From Monocercomonoides exilis PA203 (lineage: Eukaryota > Protista > Preaxostyla): DNA of 64,000 nucleotides. This document shows, one piece after another, positions 40,356-53,129 of the stretch (positions within the stretch are counted from its first letter, which is position 1; every line of letters starts with the position of its first letter). Under the pieces are notes generated by a model. That model had not been told where the DNA came from, made no database searches, and saw nothing but the letters and a program-made list of their open reading frames with translations. The stretch is taken from the NCBI GenBank assembly GCA_001643675.2, contig LSRY02000017.1:1426001-1490000 (forward strand), written 5' to 3'. The position numbers and the translations under genes were made by a program.

Positions 40356-41401
40356 CACCAAAAATAATTCAAATTCGTAAAAGAATAATTCAATTTCGTA
40401 ATTAATAATTCGAAATCGAAAATTAATAATTCGAATTCGAAATTAATATTTCAATTTCGAAAAAAAATAATTCGATTTCGGAATTAATATTTCAAAATCG
40501 AAAATTAATAATTCAATTTCGTAATTTATTAATTCGATTTCGAAAAAGAATAATTCAATTTCGAAACGTGAATTTTTTTGATTTGTGGAATGAATAACTT
40601 GTGTTTGGGGTTATAAATTCATTTTATTTTTATCTCATCAGCAAATTTAGTTTATCAATAATTGAAAAATGTTGCATTTTCATTAAAAAATTTTCTTTCA
40701 TTTTGAATGAAGATTCATTGATTGAAGTTAATTTGAAAAGGAAAGAAATACATTTTTATGTTTAAACCGATATTATTCAGAATTTTGCCAATGAAACAAT
40801 AACATTATTGTGAAGAAATAATTCAATAATCGTGATTAAATTTTTTTAAAATTTTATTTGGTTATTCAATAGAATGAATTTTTATAAAATTATTAATATT
40901 TGAGTGATGATTTTCGAAAATGAAAAAAAATTCAAAAAATTGATTTATTGATTGTTGCAATAAAAAAACAGTTTTCTATGAGTAATAAAATTTGATAGGT
41001 TAAAAAATAACTTGAACTTTTCTGAAATCCATTCTCGAGAAAAATTAAAAATTTCAGTTTCTAATGAATTTCGAAATTGAAATAATCATTTTTGAAATTG
41101 AATTATTCTTTTTCGAAATCGAATTAATAAATTACGAAATTGAATTATTAATTTTCGATTTTGAATTATTAATTCCGAAATTGAATTATTAATTTTCGAT
41201 TTCGAATTATTAATTCCGAATTTGAATTATTTTTTTCGAAATTGAAATATTAATTCCGAAATCGAATTATTTTTTTCGAAATTGAAATATTAATTTCGAA
41301 TTCGAATTATTAATTTTCGATTTCGAATTATTAATTACGAAATTGAATTATTCTTTTTCGAATTTGAATTATTTTTTTTCGAATTAGAATTATTTTTGGT
41401 G
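40356..41401. mobile_element. Non-autonomous foldback-type DNA transposon with minisatellite TIRs and TA flanks
   Basis: TA|CACCAAAAATAATTC ... GAATTATTTTTGGTG|TA. Both arms are built of 20-21-bp units (such as AATTAATAATTCGAAATCGAA) in inverted orientation. Confidence 0.9.
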
Positions 41402-41529
41402 TATGTGTTATGTCCGAAAAGAAAATCATACAATATTTTCTTTTTGTCATGATGATCAAAAACTTTATTCAAGTAAACATCTGCATCACCTTGGAAAAGG
41501 CGAGACCAAGTCAGTCAGTGCCCGTCAGT

Positions 41530-41531
<2 letters not shown>

Positions 41532-41590
<59 letters not shown>
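41532..41590 (+). repeat. Poly-T run (59 nt)
   Basis: Direct count. Confidence 0.95.
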
Positions 41591-41591
<1 letters not shown>

Positions 41592-42299
41592 AGAAAAACC
41601 AGCAATTTTAAAAAATTAGCTAACAAAAGGATAAAACATTTACCGATAATTCAAAATTCTCATGACAAAAATTTTTGCTCAATTTTCAATCAATAAACCT
41701 TAAAAAAATTTAAATTGATTTCAATTCTATTTCACACTTTCACATAAATTATAACTTTCACATCAAATGTGCAACAAGATTGCTCAATTTGTTTGTTAAT
41801 GTTTTTGAAGAATTGTTTTCTGTTTTGCATTTTTTATTTATATTCATTTTTGAAAGGAATAAAACTTCAGTGTGTATTTACATTGGGAAAAAAATTTTCT
41901 TCAATAGACATATTTCACGTTTTTCCATATTGATTCTTGTAATTTGCAATAAAAAATTTATTCCTTTTTGTAAAGAATAGTTAGTTTTGACAAAAATAAA
42001 AATATTGCGAGTTTTTTAAAAAAAATGAATCAAGGAAATATTTTCCATGAATAACGAACAAAATTCTTTCTTGTAACATATATAAAAAAATGATTTCAAA
42101 AATGATAAATTATATTGTTTTCTGTATTCTAAATTTGTTTCTTTATTTTCATTTGAAAGTTGTTCCTCTCCTTTTTGAGATGTTTCTTTGTAAGAATAAA
42201 AAATTATTGCGCGTTATTGACATTCAAATTGATGGTTCTGATTTTCTTCTTTTTTTTCATTCATGATTGTAATCATCATCATCAAATTCATTTATTTTT

Positions 42300-43990
42300 G
42301 TTCTCCATTTAGTTCTTCATCTTCTTTTCTTTCTCCTTCTTCATCTTCTCATCTTCTTTTGCTATTTCTATTTCTATTTCTATGTCTTTATCTCTATCTA
42401 ATTCTTTTTCTTTTTCTTTTTCTTTTTCTCCAGTCGCACTGCCTCTGCCCTTGCCCTCCGCTCCCTTTTCCTCCTCACTTCCACGCAGTCCATTCACGTC
42501 AACAGCTCCAGTGCCTTTTTCCAGCGTTTCCCGCTTCTCCAAGGTTGCACATCTCTTCGTCACTTTCCACATCCCGCAACACCTCCACATCCTCCCCGTT
42601 CACCATTTATTCCTGTTGGCTTATGTTCGGAAGCAGCACCTCCGTCTCCCCGCTCTGCAGGATGTGATAACACACGTGCACCACCCAAAACACAACGTTC
42701 TTTGAGTATCACTCACAGTGCAGCAGCTCCAGCATCCGTCCTGCATTCTTATTCGCAACTCCAAACAATTCCCTAACTTGATGTTCAAAATTATCTTCCT
42801 CTTCCTAAACCCCACACTTCCCCTCCACTCTTCTCTTTTCACATCCCCCATTCCCTTTTTTATTTCCATCATGGATCTCCATCCTTCATCACCACTTTCT
42901 TCTCCAGCTCTTCATTCAATTCCTTCAATGTTTTCTCAGCATCCACTCCACACTTTGCTCTTCTGCTTTTCCTCTGCCATCTCCTTGGGATGCACAAGTC
43001 GCTGATCCTGCTGCTTCCTCTGCCGACGCTTCAGCACGTAGAACCCCGCAGTCATCACCACCACTATCACACACACCGTTCTCACTTCAATATGCAGTAT
43101 GATCGTCTTCCCATTCAGCTCAAACAGGCAAAGCCCCCTGCCTACACCTTCCATTCTTCTATCCAGTGTAATTGCGGCTGTCTCGTTGAACTTTCTTCCT
43201 TTCCCTGCGTCATCCTTCCCTGTCACCTCCCCTGCCCTCCACACTCCCCCTTCCCCGCCTCTCCGCAACTCCACACCCAGCTCCTCGCTTGAATACACCA
43301 CCTGCGCCAGCACATTCTCCTCTTCCACGCTCTCCTCAATCACCTCCCGCCCGATTCTCCCGAATACCCACCGCTCCGTGTTCTGCCCTGTGCACTCAAA
43401 ACGGTATGTCGTCACCCGCTTGCCCCCTTCTGCCCCCCGCACAATTATCTGGAAGTACAGCCCGCTCTGCACAAGCTCCCGCACCACAAACTCCAGCCGC
43501 GCCCACACCCCACTGCTTGTCCAGCTGACGTTCGAAAGCACGGAGCAGAAACACATACCAATTGCGCCTGCAGTTTAACCATCCGGTTCAGCTCGCATCT
43601 GCTCCCCGGACCAAACATATCGCTCACTGCTGAGCTGCCCACTTCAGCACTCCCCCTCCTCTGTTGGAACACCTGCATATCGATCTGTCTCAGCTCATCC
43701 CCGCTCACCACACACTCCTCAACCACCAGCACGCATCACTCTTTCCTCCTCAATTTCCCATTTACATTTTCAAATATCATTGAAAACATTAATAACTGTG
43801 ACTCTATCACTACCAACCCAGCTGCTGCTCTGCACTTTTCGACGTACCCTGCTTGCTGATAAATATCCACCACGCCCCGCTTATTCTCACACACGCAATC
43901 CATATCTCCCAGCAGTTTGCATCTTGCGCTCAACCTCTAAACTCCTGTCATTGTTTGAGTTTAATAGGCGTATCTTTTGTCCGCTCCATA
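42300..43990 (-). pseudogene. Degraded fragment of a large single-pass surface-protein family gene
   Basis: GC-richer block with broken frames. ORF 42936-43556 has a TM-like VCVIVVVMTAGFYVL followed by basic KRRQRK. Stops and frameshifts on both sides. Confidence 0.5.
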
Positions 43991-44032
43991 CACACGAGAA
44001 GAACATGCTTTAACGATTGAAATGGTTTGAAA

Positions 44033-44292
44033 TGGGAGATTATTTTTGAAATCATAACTTTTTTCGGAGTGCTGTTTTTTCAAAGATTGTTAGACTTTGG
44101 GAAAAGATTTTGAATTCAAATGATGAATTCATAACAACTGCTTCAAAAATAGATGTTTGACCTGAATTGAAGATGATGATGTTTTTTTGCAAAAAATTTG
44201 AATTTTTCAATGTTAGCTTGTTAATATTCAGAAGAAACTTTTCGATTCGAAAATTTTGAAAGAAATATTATGATTTCAAAAATAATCACCCA
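44033..44292. mobile_element. MITE of the TGGGTGATT-TIR family
   Basis: Ends are TGGGAGATTATTTTTGAAATCATAA and TTATGATTTCAAAAATAATCACCCA. The first 38 bp are 37/38 identical to the copy at 53130. Confidence 0.85.
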
Positions 44293-45418
44293 AATAATAT
44301 AAGAAAAATTGAAAAAATGAAAATTATTCACAAACAATAAATAAAAGAATTTAAACAAGTTGAAAACTTTAATGAATACATTTTAACAAGTTAAGAACTC
44401 ATTCATTTGAAAAAATGGACTATGAAATAAAATCATTTCAGTGACAGGGAGTGACGTGAGTGCCGTGGTATTTATCCCATTAAAAAATGATCACGGCACA
44501 AACCATTGTACAAAAAATATTAAATAAGAACATTTCAATAATAATAATTATTATTATTACACACAAAATCACATTTAATAAAAATTAAATATATGTCAAT
44601 CGAAATTAATAATTTTTATTATTCACAAATGTGGAATTTGAAAAAATGAGTCAAAAAAAATATATTTTTGTCACGTCACATCACTCCAAAAATATTCACG
44701 TCAGAAGGCATGTGACCCAGATGTTTATATTCAAGTATATTTGATACTGGGAAAAAAAGAACATTATATTAATTGGATGAACAAAGGTGAGATGAGAGAA
44801 TTTTTTGAATTTGACAGATGTTTTTTTGAAATCATATTTTTCTTTGAAAAACTTTTTTGTTTGGAAATTAATCTTGATACAATATTTTTAGCTCACTGAA
44901 AAGGGAAATCCTGTAAAATGATATCTTTGTTCTCAATTCTTCAAAAGCATTATCTTTTTTAAAAATTGAAATTAATTTTTTGAATCAATAAATTTTTACA
45001 AGGCTTTAATAACAACTCTTACACTTATGAACACAAAAATATTTAAAAATATATATTTTTGAAATCAATCATCACAATGTTCGACAGAGTGAATAAGCGA
45101 CATGAGCAGAATATAAATGAACATCTCAAATTCGTTTGAAGCTTTTATGGATAATTATTTGTTTATTGTTTATATGGAAAAAAATACGGACTTTCAAAGC
45201 ATTTTTTGTACAAAGCACATAAAAATTGCTTCACTAATAACTTTATTTAACATTCTCAGATTTCAAAAAAAATTTTGATATACAGATTTATTAACAGGCA
45301 TCATTGAAATATAAACATAAAGTTTTCCAACATTTCACGAATGAAAAAAATGGACTGCTATTTCTAGTGTTTTTTGACACATAAAAATCAATAAAAAGTG
45401 CATAATTTTTCAATGAAA

Positions 45419-46586
45419 ATGGCAGAAGCAAAATATTTAGCGCCATATCATATGTGCAAACCTGACTTTGCTGAAATGAATTGTTGACAAATTATGCATT
45501 TTATATTTTGGTAATTTTTTCTCGAAAAAATGTGTGAGATCAAAAATCTTTAATAAAAAAATGTCAAAGATACCAGAAACAAAAGACGTGATCTCAAACA
45601 CGAATTGCTTGTTTCCCATTTTTGAATGTACCTGGAAGTTAATTTTCGAGAAAAGACTTCTTATTTAAACTGGAGAATGCAAACACAGGAAGTACAAAAA
45701 ATTTCTGGCAAAAGAGACAACGTTAAGGTTATAAAGTTGAAAAAAGTGCCCGATTATTACATGATTTTATAAATGAACAACATTATCAAATACAAAATCT
45801 GCAGTAAATAAGATCATGCATATGCTTCTGCAGTTTTGGATGGAATTGAGAACAAAGCTTACACATTTATTAAAACATCTGGATAGAAACACCATTTCAT
45901 TCTATAACAATATTTGCAGGGAAGTTTGTGTCAATGTGCTTTTCAAGAAGTTGTACAAAATAAAAGGAGTGGTGAAGAAGGTGGAAATAGACGAAATGTT
46001 GTGAAGGAGAATGAAATATAACAGAGAAAAAAAGGAAAAACAATTTTGGATTTTTGTGTGTGTAGAAAGATCAGAAGAAAGCCATGAAAGATCCTTCACA
46101 ATGGTGGTACCAAATAGGAACAAGGAAAAGCTGCAAGTTGCAATCAAAGAGCGCATTTTAACTTTCACAACGATAGACAGCAATGAATGGAAATCCGATA
46201 ATTAAATTGATGAAGAAGGTTTTATTCACAAAACCATTTACCATTAGAGAAATTTTGTTGATCCAGAAAACAAATCAGTATTCACTAACACAGCGGAAGG
46301 TTTTTGGTTCAATTTTCGGAAATATCTTCACAGATTTGGAATCCGAACAAGATTTCTTCAACAATATATAGCATCTTTCATTGTTCGTTCGATGGGATTA
46401 CTGACTTTTATTCAACTCGTTGAATCTGCAATTCATTTGAATATCGAAAACGAAGAAATGGTTGCTGAGGAAGACTAAAATGATCCAGATAAGGCAAACG
46501 AAGAGGAAGAGATCTCAGACATAGACGATCTTCCTGATGAATGTTCTGATTATTGTGCAGATGATGGTGCAGACGTATCAAAATGA
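45419..46586 (+). pseudogene. Merlin / IS1595 (ISXO2-like) DDE transposase pseudogene
   Basis: One frame reads VEIDE..*..KYNR..WIFVCVER..VPNRNKEKL..I..TTIDSNEW..*..GFIHKTIYH*RNFVDP..TNTAEGFW, with in-frame stops at 46002, 46203 and about 46245. Confidence 0.88.
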
Positions 46587-46723
46587 ACTGATGACTAATT
46601 ATTTTTGAACGATTTCATGCACTTTAAAATGAATAAATAAATAAATAAATAAATAAATTTAAAATAATAAAAATATATCTTCACCCATTTTGAATTAGAA
46701 ACCAAATATGTATATATATATAT

Positions 46724-46965
46724 TGGGTGATTCTTTTTGAAAAGTCACAAATGTTTAATTTTCAAATAAATCAAAAATATCATATTTTGTTCAGATATTT
46801 GTTGGTACACACCAAACTTCACTAATGTGGAATCTATCTCTTGAAAGAGCAATTTCATTCATTCTAAAGAAGATTCGTGAGTGGAAACAGAAATTTGAGC
46901 AGTATATGATATTTTTGATTTGTTTGAAAATAAAACATTTGCGACTTTTCAAAAAGAATAACCCA
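46724..46965. mobile_element. Hairpin MITE of the TGGGTGATT-TIR family (TIRs about 62 bp)
   Basis: TGGGTGATTCTTTTTGAAAAGTCACAAATGTTTAATTTTCAAATAAATCAAAAATATCATAT matches the reverse complement of the right end with 4 mismatches. It sits next to a (TA)n run. Confidence 0.88.
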
Positions 46966-47599
46966 TTATATGGGTGATTTTTTTTGATATCATAAAAAAA
47001 GATCAAAAATCGAAAAAATAAAATCTATTGTGGTATTTGATGATCAAAGAGTTTTCAGATCAATTTCAAGTATTTAACTTCTATTTCTGTAATATATATT
47101 TGTTTTATTGTTATAGTAAAAAAAACATACCTTTTTAATGTTTTTGTTGAAAAGATTTTTTTTGATCAAGTAAAATAAAAATTAACCTAAAATAAATAAA
47201 GTTAAACCAACAAAACTCATCAAAAAGACAAAAAAATATTCTTAACTTGCTCAAAAAAGCTAATAAAAGGGAAAAAATATTTAAAGAACTTTTAAAAATG
47301 CAACAAATTTGTGAATTTTTATTTTTCCGTAGAAAAAGAAATGCGCTTTTCATTAATTGAGGTGAAACCTCATCAAAAAATTACCGTGTCTGCTGAACAA
47401 CTCAACAGAATCGGCAAACGAAGATTGTGCTATTTTAATAACTGCAGTTTATAAGAGCAATTGAATCATTTTCGTTACTTATCTTTTTGTTCTTTATGAA
47501 AATGCAGTTGAAGTTTCTTTCTCAACACCATATCGTTTCCTTTCATTTCTCCTCGACATTTTTAAATTCTCCCTTCGTTAACTTCGTGCTTTTCCTAAG

Positions 47600-50500
47600 T
47601 TCCTGCTCTTGTTGCTTTGTGAAGAAATCAACAATGAATTCGCATCAACCATCATTCGTTTTGGTTTATGCTATTTCTTCCCCCTTTTCATCATCATCTT
47701 CCTCTTTCTCTTGATCATCCTTTTCTTTTGTTTTTGCTTCCTCTTCATTTCGCTCTCTCTCCGTCATCTCTCTCATCTCCCCCAGTTGCAACTGTATCTT
47801 TTCTCCACGAGCTACCCATTTGGAGGGACAAAACTGTTTTTCTTCAACTCTTCTTCCAAACCTTCAATCTTCTCTTTCTCTTCCTTCGGCTCTCTGCATC
47901 AGCAGCAATTAAACAATGGCATGCACAGTTCTTCCCTCCCTTGAAAGTGAGACTCATTCTGAACAGTTTTTCCTTTCCCTTCTTTTTCTACTGCTCTCTC
48001 CCATGTTCTCTTACAGAATTGATTGGGTTGAGCTTCATCGAAGCTTTCTGAGAAGCCAATAAGTTTTGTTCAATTTGTTGTTCTGTGAGCGCTGTGTATC
48101 AGCAAGAGTTAAGATTGTGGAATAAGTTGCGGCTTGGGAGAAGAAGAAGAGGAAGGGAATGAAGAAGAAGGAGCAAATGGTTGAAGAATTGATATAACCC
48201 TCTTTCAAATACGATTCTGAAAGAAGAAAATCATTCTTGTTGTTGAGGAGTGCGCTTTGTGACTCAGATATGGCAGTTCTTCTCTTCTCATTGGACAATA
48301 TTCCGCTGTGGCTGTTTTGCGCTGCCTTTTGAAGGAGCGTGGAGATGCATATATTTTTCAGACTGTGGATGGAGCATGTCATGGTGGGATCAGCGTAGCA
48401 TAGAATTAGAACTGAGGCAATCTATAATATCAGCAGCGAAGGTGAGCACAGGAAAGAACGCAGTCGATACAAAGTGGGCGAATGACCTTGTGTGCGAGGA
48501 GAAGACGGACATGAACGCCAATCTTCTTCTTCTTCTTCTTCTTCATCTCTTTCGTTACACTCTCCTTTTCTTCATCCTCTTCATCATCATCCTCCTCCGT
48601 ATCTTCTCCTGTTCTTCTTTTTCCCAACAGCTGCATACAGATTAAGCAAAGCACCAGCAGTTATTATTTTCGCCATGTCAGTCGCCGTTGGTGAAGCCAG
48701 TAGTCCAACAAGATTCGACACAACAACCCAGCTCAGCAAACGACGCTATAGCTCTTCCTTCGTGACTGTTGGTTCGTTGTTCACTTCTTTATCCTTCTCG
48801 TTTCTCTTCTCCTTCGCATCCCCATGCATCACCCTTCTCTCATATCTCCTCCGTGGCCTTCCACTATATCCTCCATCTCATTTTCCCTCACCATCTCCTT
48901 CTTCATCCAGCCCTCTTCCTTCAGCAAGCGCCTCGATGATTTCCGATGCGTTGTTCCGCACAATTGCCTGTGGAGAGTACATCAGCTCGACCAGCTCGTT
49001 AAACAGCGCCTTGTCGAGCGAGCTGGTAAACAGCTTGAACGACTTGCTGGTCAGCGAGAGAAGAATAGAAGAGGCCTTGTCGCTGTATTCAGCGCGCGGC
49101 GAGTGCAGCAGGCGGTGGATGGGCTGGAGAATACCGTTGCGCAGGAACACGGAGTGGAACTCGGCGCCGTTGGTGATGAACTTGTTGGTCACACGAAGAG
49201 ATGAAGAGACAAGAGGATACCTGCGGAAACTGGATATGAATATATTTGTGTATTTGTGAATAATGATAACGAATGAGTGAAAAAGTGGGTGCAAAAAGGA
49301 AGAAGAAAAAGAATTAAAAAAAAGAAAAAAAGAAAATAATGTGAATGAAATTTCAATTAATAGTTTCTGGCAAACCCCATGAACCTGATCAATTGCTTTG
49401 CAACAGCATCATTCAGCAAATAACCTTTATTCACTTAGCAAGAAATTTGAAAAATCGTAGCTATTAGTCCACCATCATAACTATTCATCATTTAAGGGTG
49501 AACAAAAAATTTAAATAAAGATAAATATTTGAAAAGCAAAACACAGATAAATAAAAAATAAATGAAACAATTAATGAAATATATTTTATTTTACTGAAAA
49601 ATTCATATTTTCCATACAATTCTGGTTCGCCATGTGGGTCATTGCGTTTAGTCCCCTCAGCCTGCGGATGTCGTCGAAGCCGCAGACCATTAACTGTTCA
49701 ACAGAAAACGCACAGCGCAGCGAAAACGGCACCTCCATCGACAGAAAAGCGCCACAAATGACACTGGCACATAAATTAATCACATTCCACCGCTTTTCTT
49801 TGAACGAACGCCCTAAGCTGTGCTTGACGGATGGCAGGTTGGTTGGGGAAAGAGAAAAGGAAGAAGAAGAAGAAGAAGGTGATGGTGATGATGGTGATGA
49901 AATGAGAAATGAAGAAGAAGTGAATAAAGATGATTTGTATACAGATTTAAACGTTGAGAAAGTGATCACGTTCGAAAATATGCTGCTGAATCCTTCTTGG
50001 ATTTTTGATTTCTGGATGATAAGCTGAGCAAAGCGTGGTTTCAATCGATACGGGCTTATTCTTCCTTTTATCCCATTCTATTTTTTCTGAGCCTTTCTAA
50101 TGTCTTTGTCAAATCCATATTCTTCTTCCTCTTCTTCCCCTTCATTTTTCTCATTATCTATGCATTTATCTGTTAGACACAATGATCCCCTTTCATCTTT
50201 ATCACTCACAAACTCATTTGCACTCCTCTTCTCATCCTTCTTCTCTCCCTTTCCTTCTTTCCCCTCCTTCTCACCACCCACCCGAACCCCCTGGCTAGCC
50301 ACATACGCTGCATTGTTCAGAAGGATGCTCTGTGGCTCAAACACATCCCTCGTCGCTGACACGCTGCTGCTTGCAAACACACCTGCATTGCCCAATCTGC
50401 TCTTCCCGAGAATCGCATAAGGGATCTGCACAGTCACAAGCGGTGGAAGCGAGAAGGAAGAAATAGAAGCAGAAGGAGAGGAAGAAGAAGACATGTTTGA

Positions 50501-51450
50501 TAAAGAGGCAGAGCTTGGGCTAGTCATGTCGAAGGACTTCTGCGTGAGTGAAAAGGAGTCTGTGGCAGGAGATGACGAAGTGGATGGCTTTGGCGGAGTT
50601 CCAACAAGAACAGAAGGGGCAGACAATTGTGTGTGCAAAAAGGGAGAAAAAAGATGAGTGGCAAATGTTGAGGGGGCTGTGATGTTTTGAGTGTGCAGCT
50701 GGGCAGATGAGAGTGCGCTGTCAAACGAGTAAAATGTCTGCTGCTGTTCATCATCATTTTCATCACCTCCTTCTTCTCTTCCCCTGTCCCTCCTCCTCCT
50801 TTCTGTTACTGCCTGTGGAAGCCCTGTGTCGAAAGCGTCAATTTGTGATGTGCAAAACTCGTCTTTCTCGTTCGTCTTCGTCTTCGCCTTAGGCTCTTCC
50901 TGCTGTCTTCCTTTCCTCTGCTCTGCGCTCAATTTGCTTCTGAAATCCACCTTCTTTGCCTCTTCCATTTGAACTTGAACTTCTCTCTCTTCGCTTCTTG
51001 GCGGTGTCATAAAGCGAGCTGATGAACGCAATGTGCCTTGAAGCTCCTTCCCTCTTCCACTGCTATTTCCCATTCGATGCCCATTCGCCTCATTCACCCT
51101 GTTCAACACAGCCGGAACGTGGAATTTGTACGAAGTGCTGAAGCAGAGCGGAATGTACTGCTGCAAAAAAGGAAAACTGTTCAGATGTAGATTCAGCGAA
51201 GCTGCAGAATGCATTTATAACGAATATGATGATGTTGAGAAAATAGAAACAGAATGATTCAATTTTTTGTTCAATTTTGTGGCTCTGCCAAATGATTCTT
51301 ACTAACGAATCAAAATGTTGATGATCTGATCCGGCTGGATGTGATAGTGATCAACAAAGAAGATGTTAAAGAAGTTGAGAGGATGAAAAGATGCAGAAGA
51401 AGAAGAAGGCGAGGTGATTGAGAGATGTGAAATCAGTTGAACGATATTTC
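47600..51450 (-). pseudogene. Broken intron-containing Ser-rich host-gene fragment inside the TIR segment
   Basis: ORFs 50078-51214 and 49586-50044 are in one frame separated by a premature TAG. Further exon-like pieces at 48878-49294 and 48035-48382. Stops accumulate toward the 3' end and no clear start is visible. Confidence 0.5.
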
Positions 51451-51599
51451 CGAAGAAAAATATGAGAAGTTCAATGTGATGTTTTCGCTATATGCAAAAT
51501 CGTATAAAGCAAGTTGACTTCACAAGAAGGCAATTATTCAAATTACAAATATTTTAGCAATCAATCTCCTATTAATCAATAAAGTTGGATTTCTTCAAG

Positions 51600-52360
51600 T
51601 CAATTCACTAACTTTTTGCGATTTTTTCTCCTTTCCCCTCAAAATATAAAATGAAGATATTTCTCAATTTCTTTTCTTTTCTATTTTTCCTCTTCGATTC
51701 AGCTCTCACTATTCTCTGAAAAACATCAATCCCTTCCTTTTCTTCATCTTTCTCTATCTCTTCCAAAATATCTTTTCCTCTCATAAAATAATACCCCTCT
51801 TCTGATCTAACATTTCTCATTTTTCCTCTTCTAACAAACTTTTGCCCTCTTTTCCTTCTCTTCGACATCCATTTCTCCAATCAACAATAAGCCCTCTTTC
51901 ATCATCTCCAACCACTTCCCTATATATTTACTATATTATCTTCTCCAAATTTCCATCTGCTCTTCTACACCTTTTTGTCTCCATATTTCAATCAATCAAA
52001 AACCCCTCTCGAAATATGAACATTCCATTAAATACTCAACTCCCACTCCCTGCTACAAATAATGTTCTTCCATCTCTTCTCTGCCCCATATCCTTCATGT
52101 GTCTGGTGTTTATGAGATAAACACAAAATACTGTTTGGATATTTGAGAATAATTTTTTAAGGGGTAGATCATGACATAAATAGAAAAACGCATCTGGACA
52201 TCAATCGCACTGCGGGTTGGTTGAGAAGACACTCCCAATGAGATACACGATGCATTTTGTGGAGATTTATTCCATGCTGCAATTTGACCACTCTTAGGTT
52301 GAAGCTGAAAAGTGTTTTTTTGAATGATGATTGTTGTGAAAATGAGGCTTTTTAGCAAAA
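51600..52360 (-). pseudogene. Degraded gene fragment (possibly the N-terminal part of a surface-protein family gene)
   Basis: Coding-like purine-rich minus strand with many stops. Confidence 0.3.
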
Positions 52361-53129
52361 AACAGTAGAGGAGCAGTTTGACATTTATTTCTTTTTCTTT
52401 ATATGAAAATTAACCTGCCGACTGTTTTTGTGTTGTTTTCAGGGCAGCAGGCGTAAATGAATGAAAGCAAATGAAAGCGGGATATCTCGCTGAATAAGGT
52501 GGAAATGGAGTTGGGAGAGCGAATTCATATGGAAAGTGTGAAAAATAAAGAAATTTTAATAAATATTAAAGATGTAAATTATTAAAGAAATGCAGGAAGC
52601 CTTGAATTGAGAAAGATGGAACTGAACGGAAAGCAAAATTTTTTCAAATTTCAGAATAGAAGAAAATCAATATATCCGAGAGAGAGATATGAATTTTGGA
52701 AAGGATGCTTGGCGAATCAGTTGCTAAAACTGGAAAATCGATTGAATCCAGCAAATTTGCTTCGATTTTTAAAATCAATTTTTTTATTTCTTTGTTATAT
52801 CATAATTTAACAGCTTTTTTTGCTTAAGATATCGATAAATTATGTGTTGTGATTATTGTTATCATGCTTTTTGAACCAGTAAACTTATATTTTGCTCTGT
52901 TTATTGAATTTTCGATATTTTTTGAATGAATTTTTCAATTCTTTTACGAATTTGAAATAAAAACAATTTGAAATGAATTAAAATCAAAAAATAAGCAATA
53001 GCAACTATATACAAAGCAATATTTTTGCATGATCATCACTTTTATTTTTCTTTTTAAAGCAACCCTTAATGAAATAATTTTTTGATCAAACGACGGAATT
53101 TTTTATGATATCAAAAATAATCACCCATA

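Larger units (their letters stand above)
46971..53127. mobile_element. Candidate 6.2-kb cargo-carrying (Pack-type) non-autonomous TIR element
   Basis: 29-bp TIRs at 46971-46999 and 53099-53127 (28/29 match). TA on both outer sides (46969-70 and 53128-29). The interior holds broken host-gene pieces. Confidence 0.55.

Noticed and set aside
40356-41401. Regularly spaced repeats as a CRISPR array
   Set aside because: Units are contiguous with no unique spacers, they form inverted arms, the context is eukaryotic and there are no cas genes.
44030-44295. 4-bp AWWT target duplication (Sola-like) for the MITE family
   Set aside because: It fits two copies (AAAT, ATAT) but not the 46724 copy. TA flanks with TGGG...CCCA ends fit the best-preserved junctions, so the superfamily is left unassigned.
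45816-46371. Stop-codon reassignment (TAA/TAG = Gln) to rescue broken ORFs
   Set aside because: Conserved genes here end in TAA or TAG with no internal ones, and the transposase also has an in-frame TGA.
44780-46690. GGTGAGAT / ATCTTCACC as Merlin TIRs
   Set aside because: The match is too short and no 8-9-bp target duplication is present.
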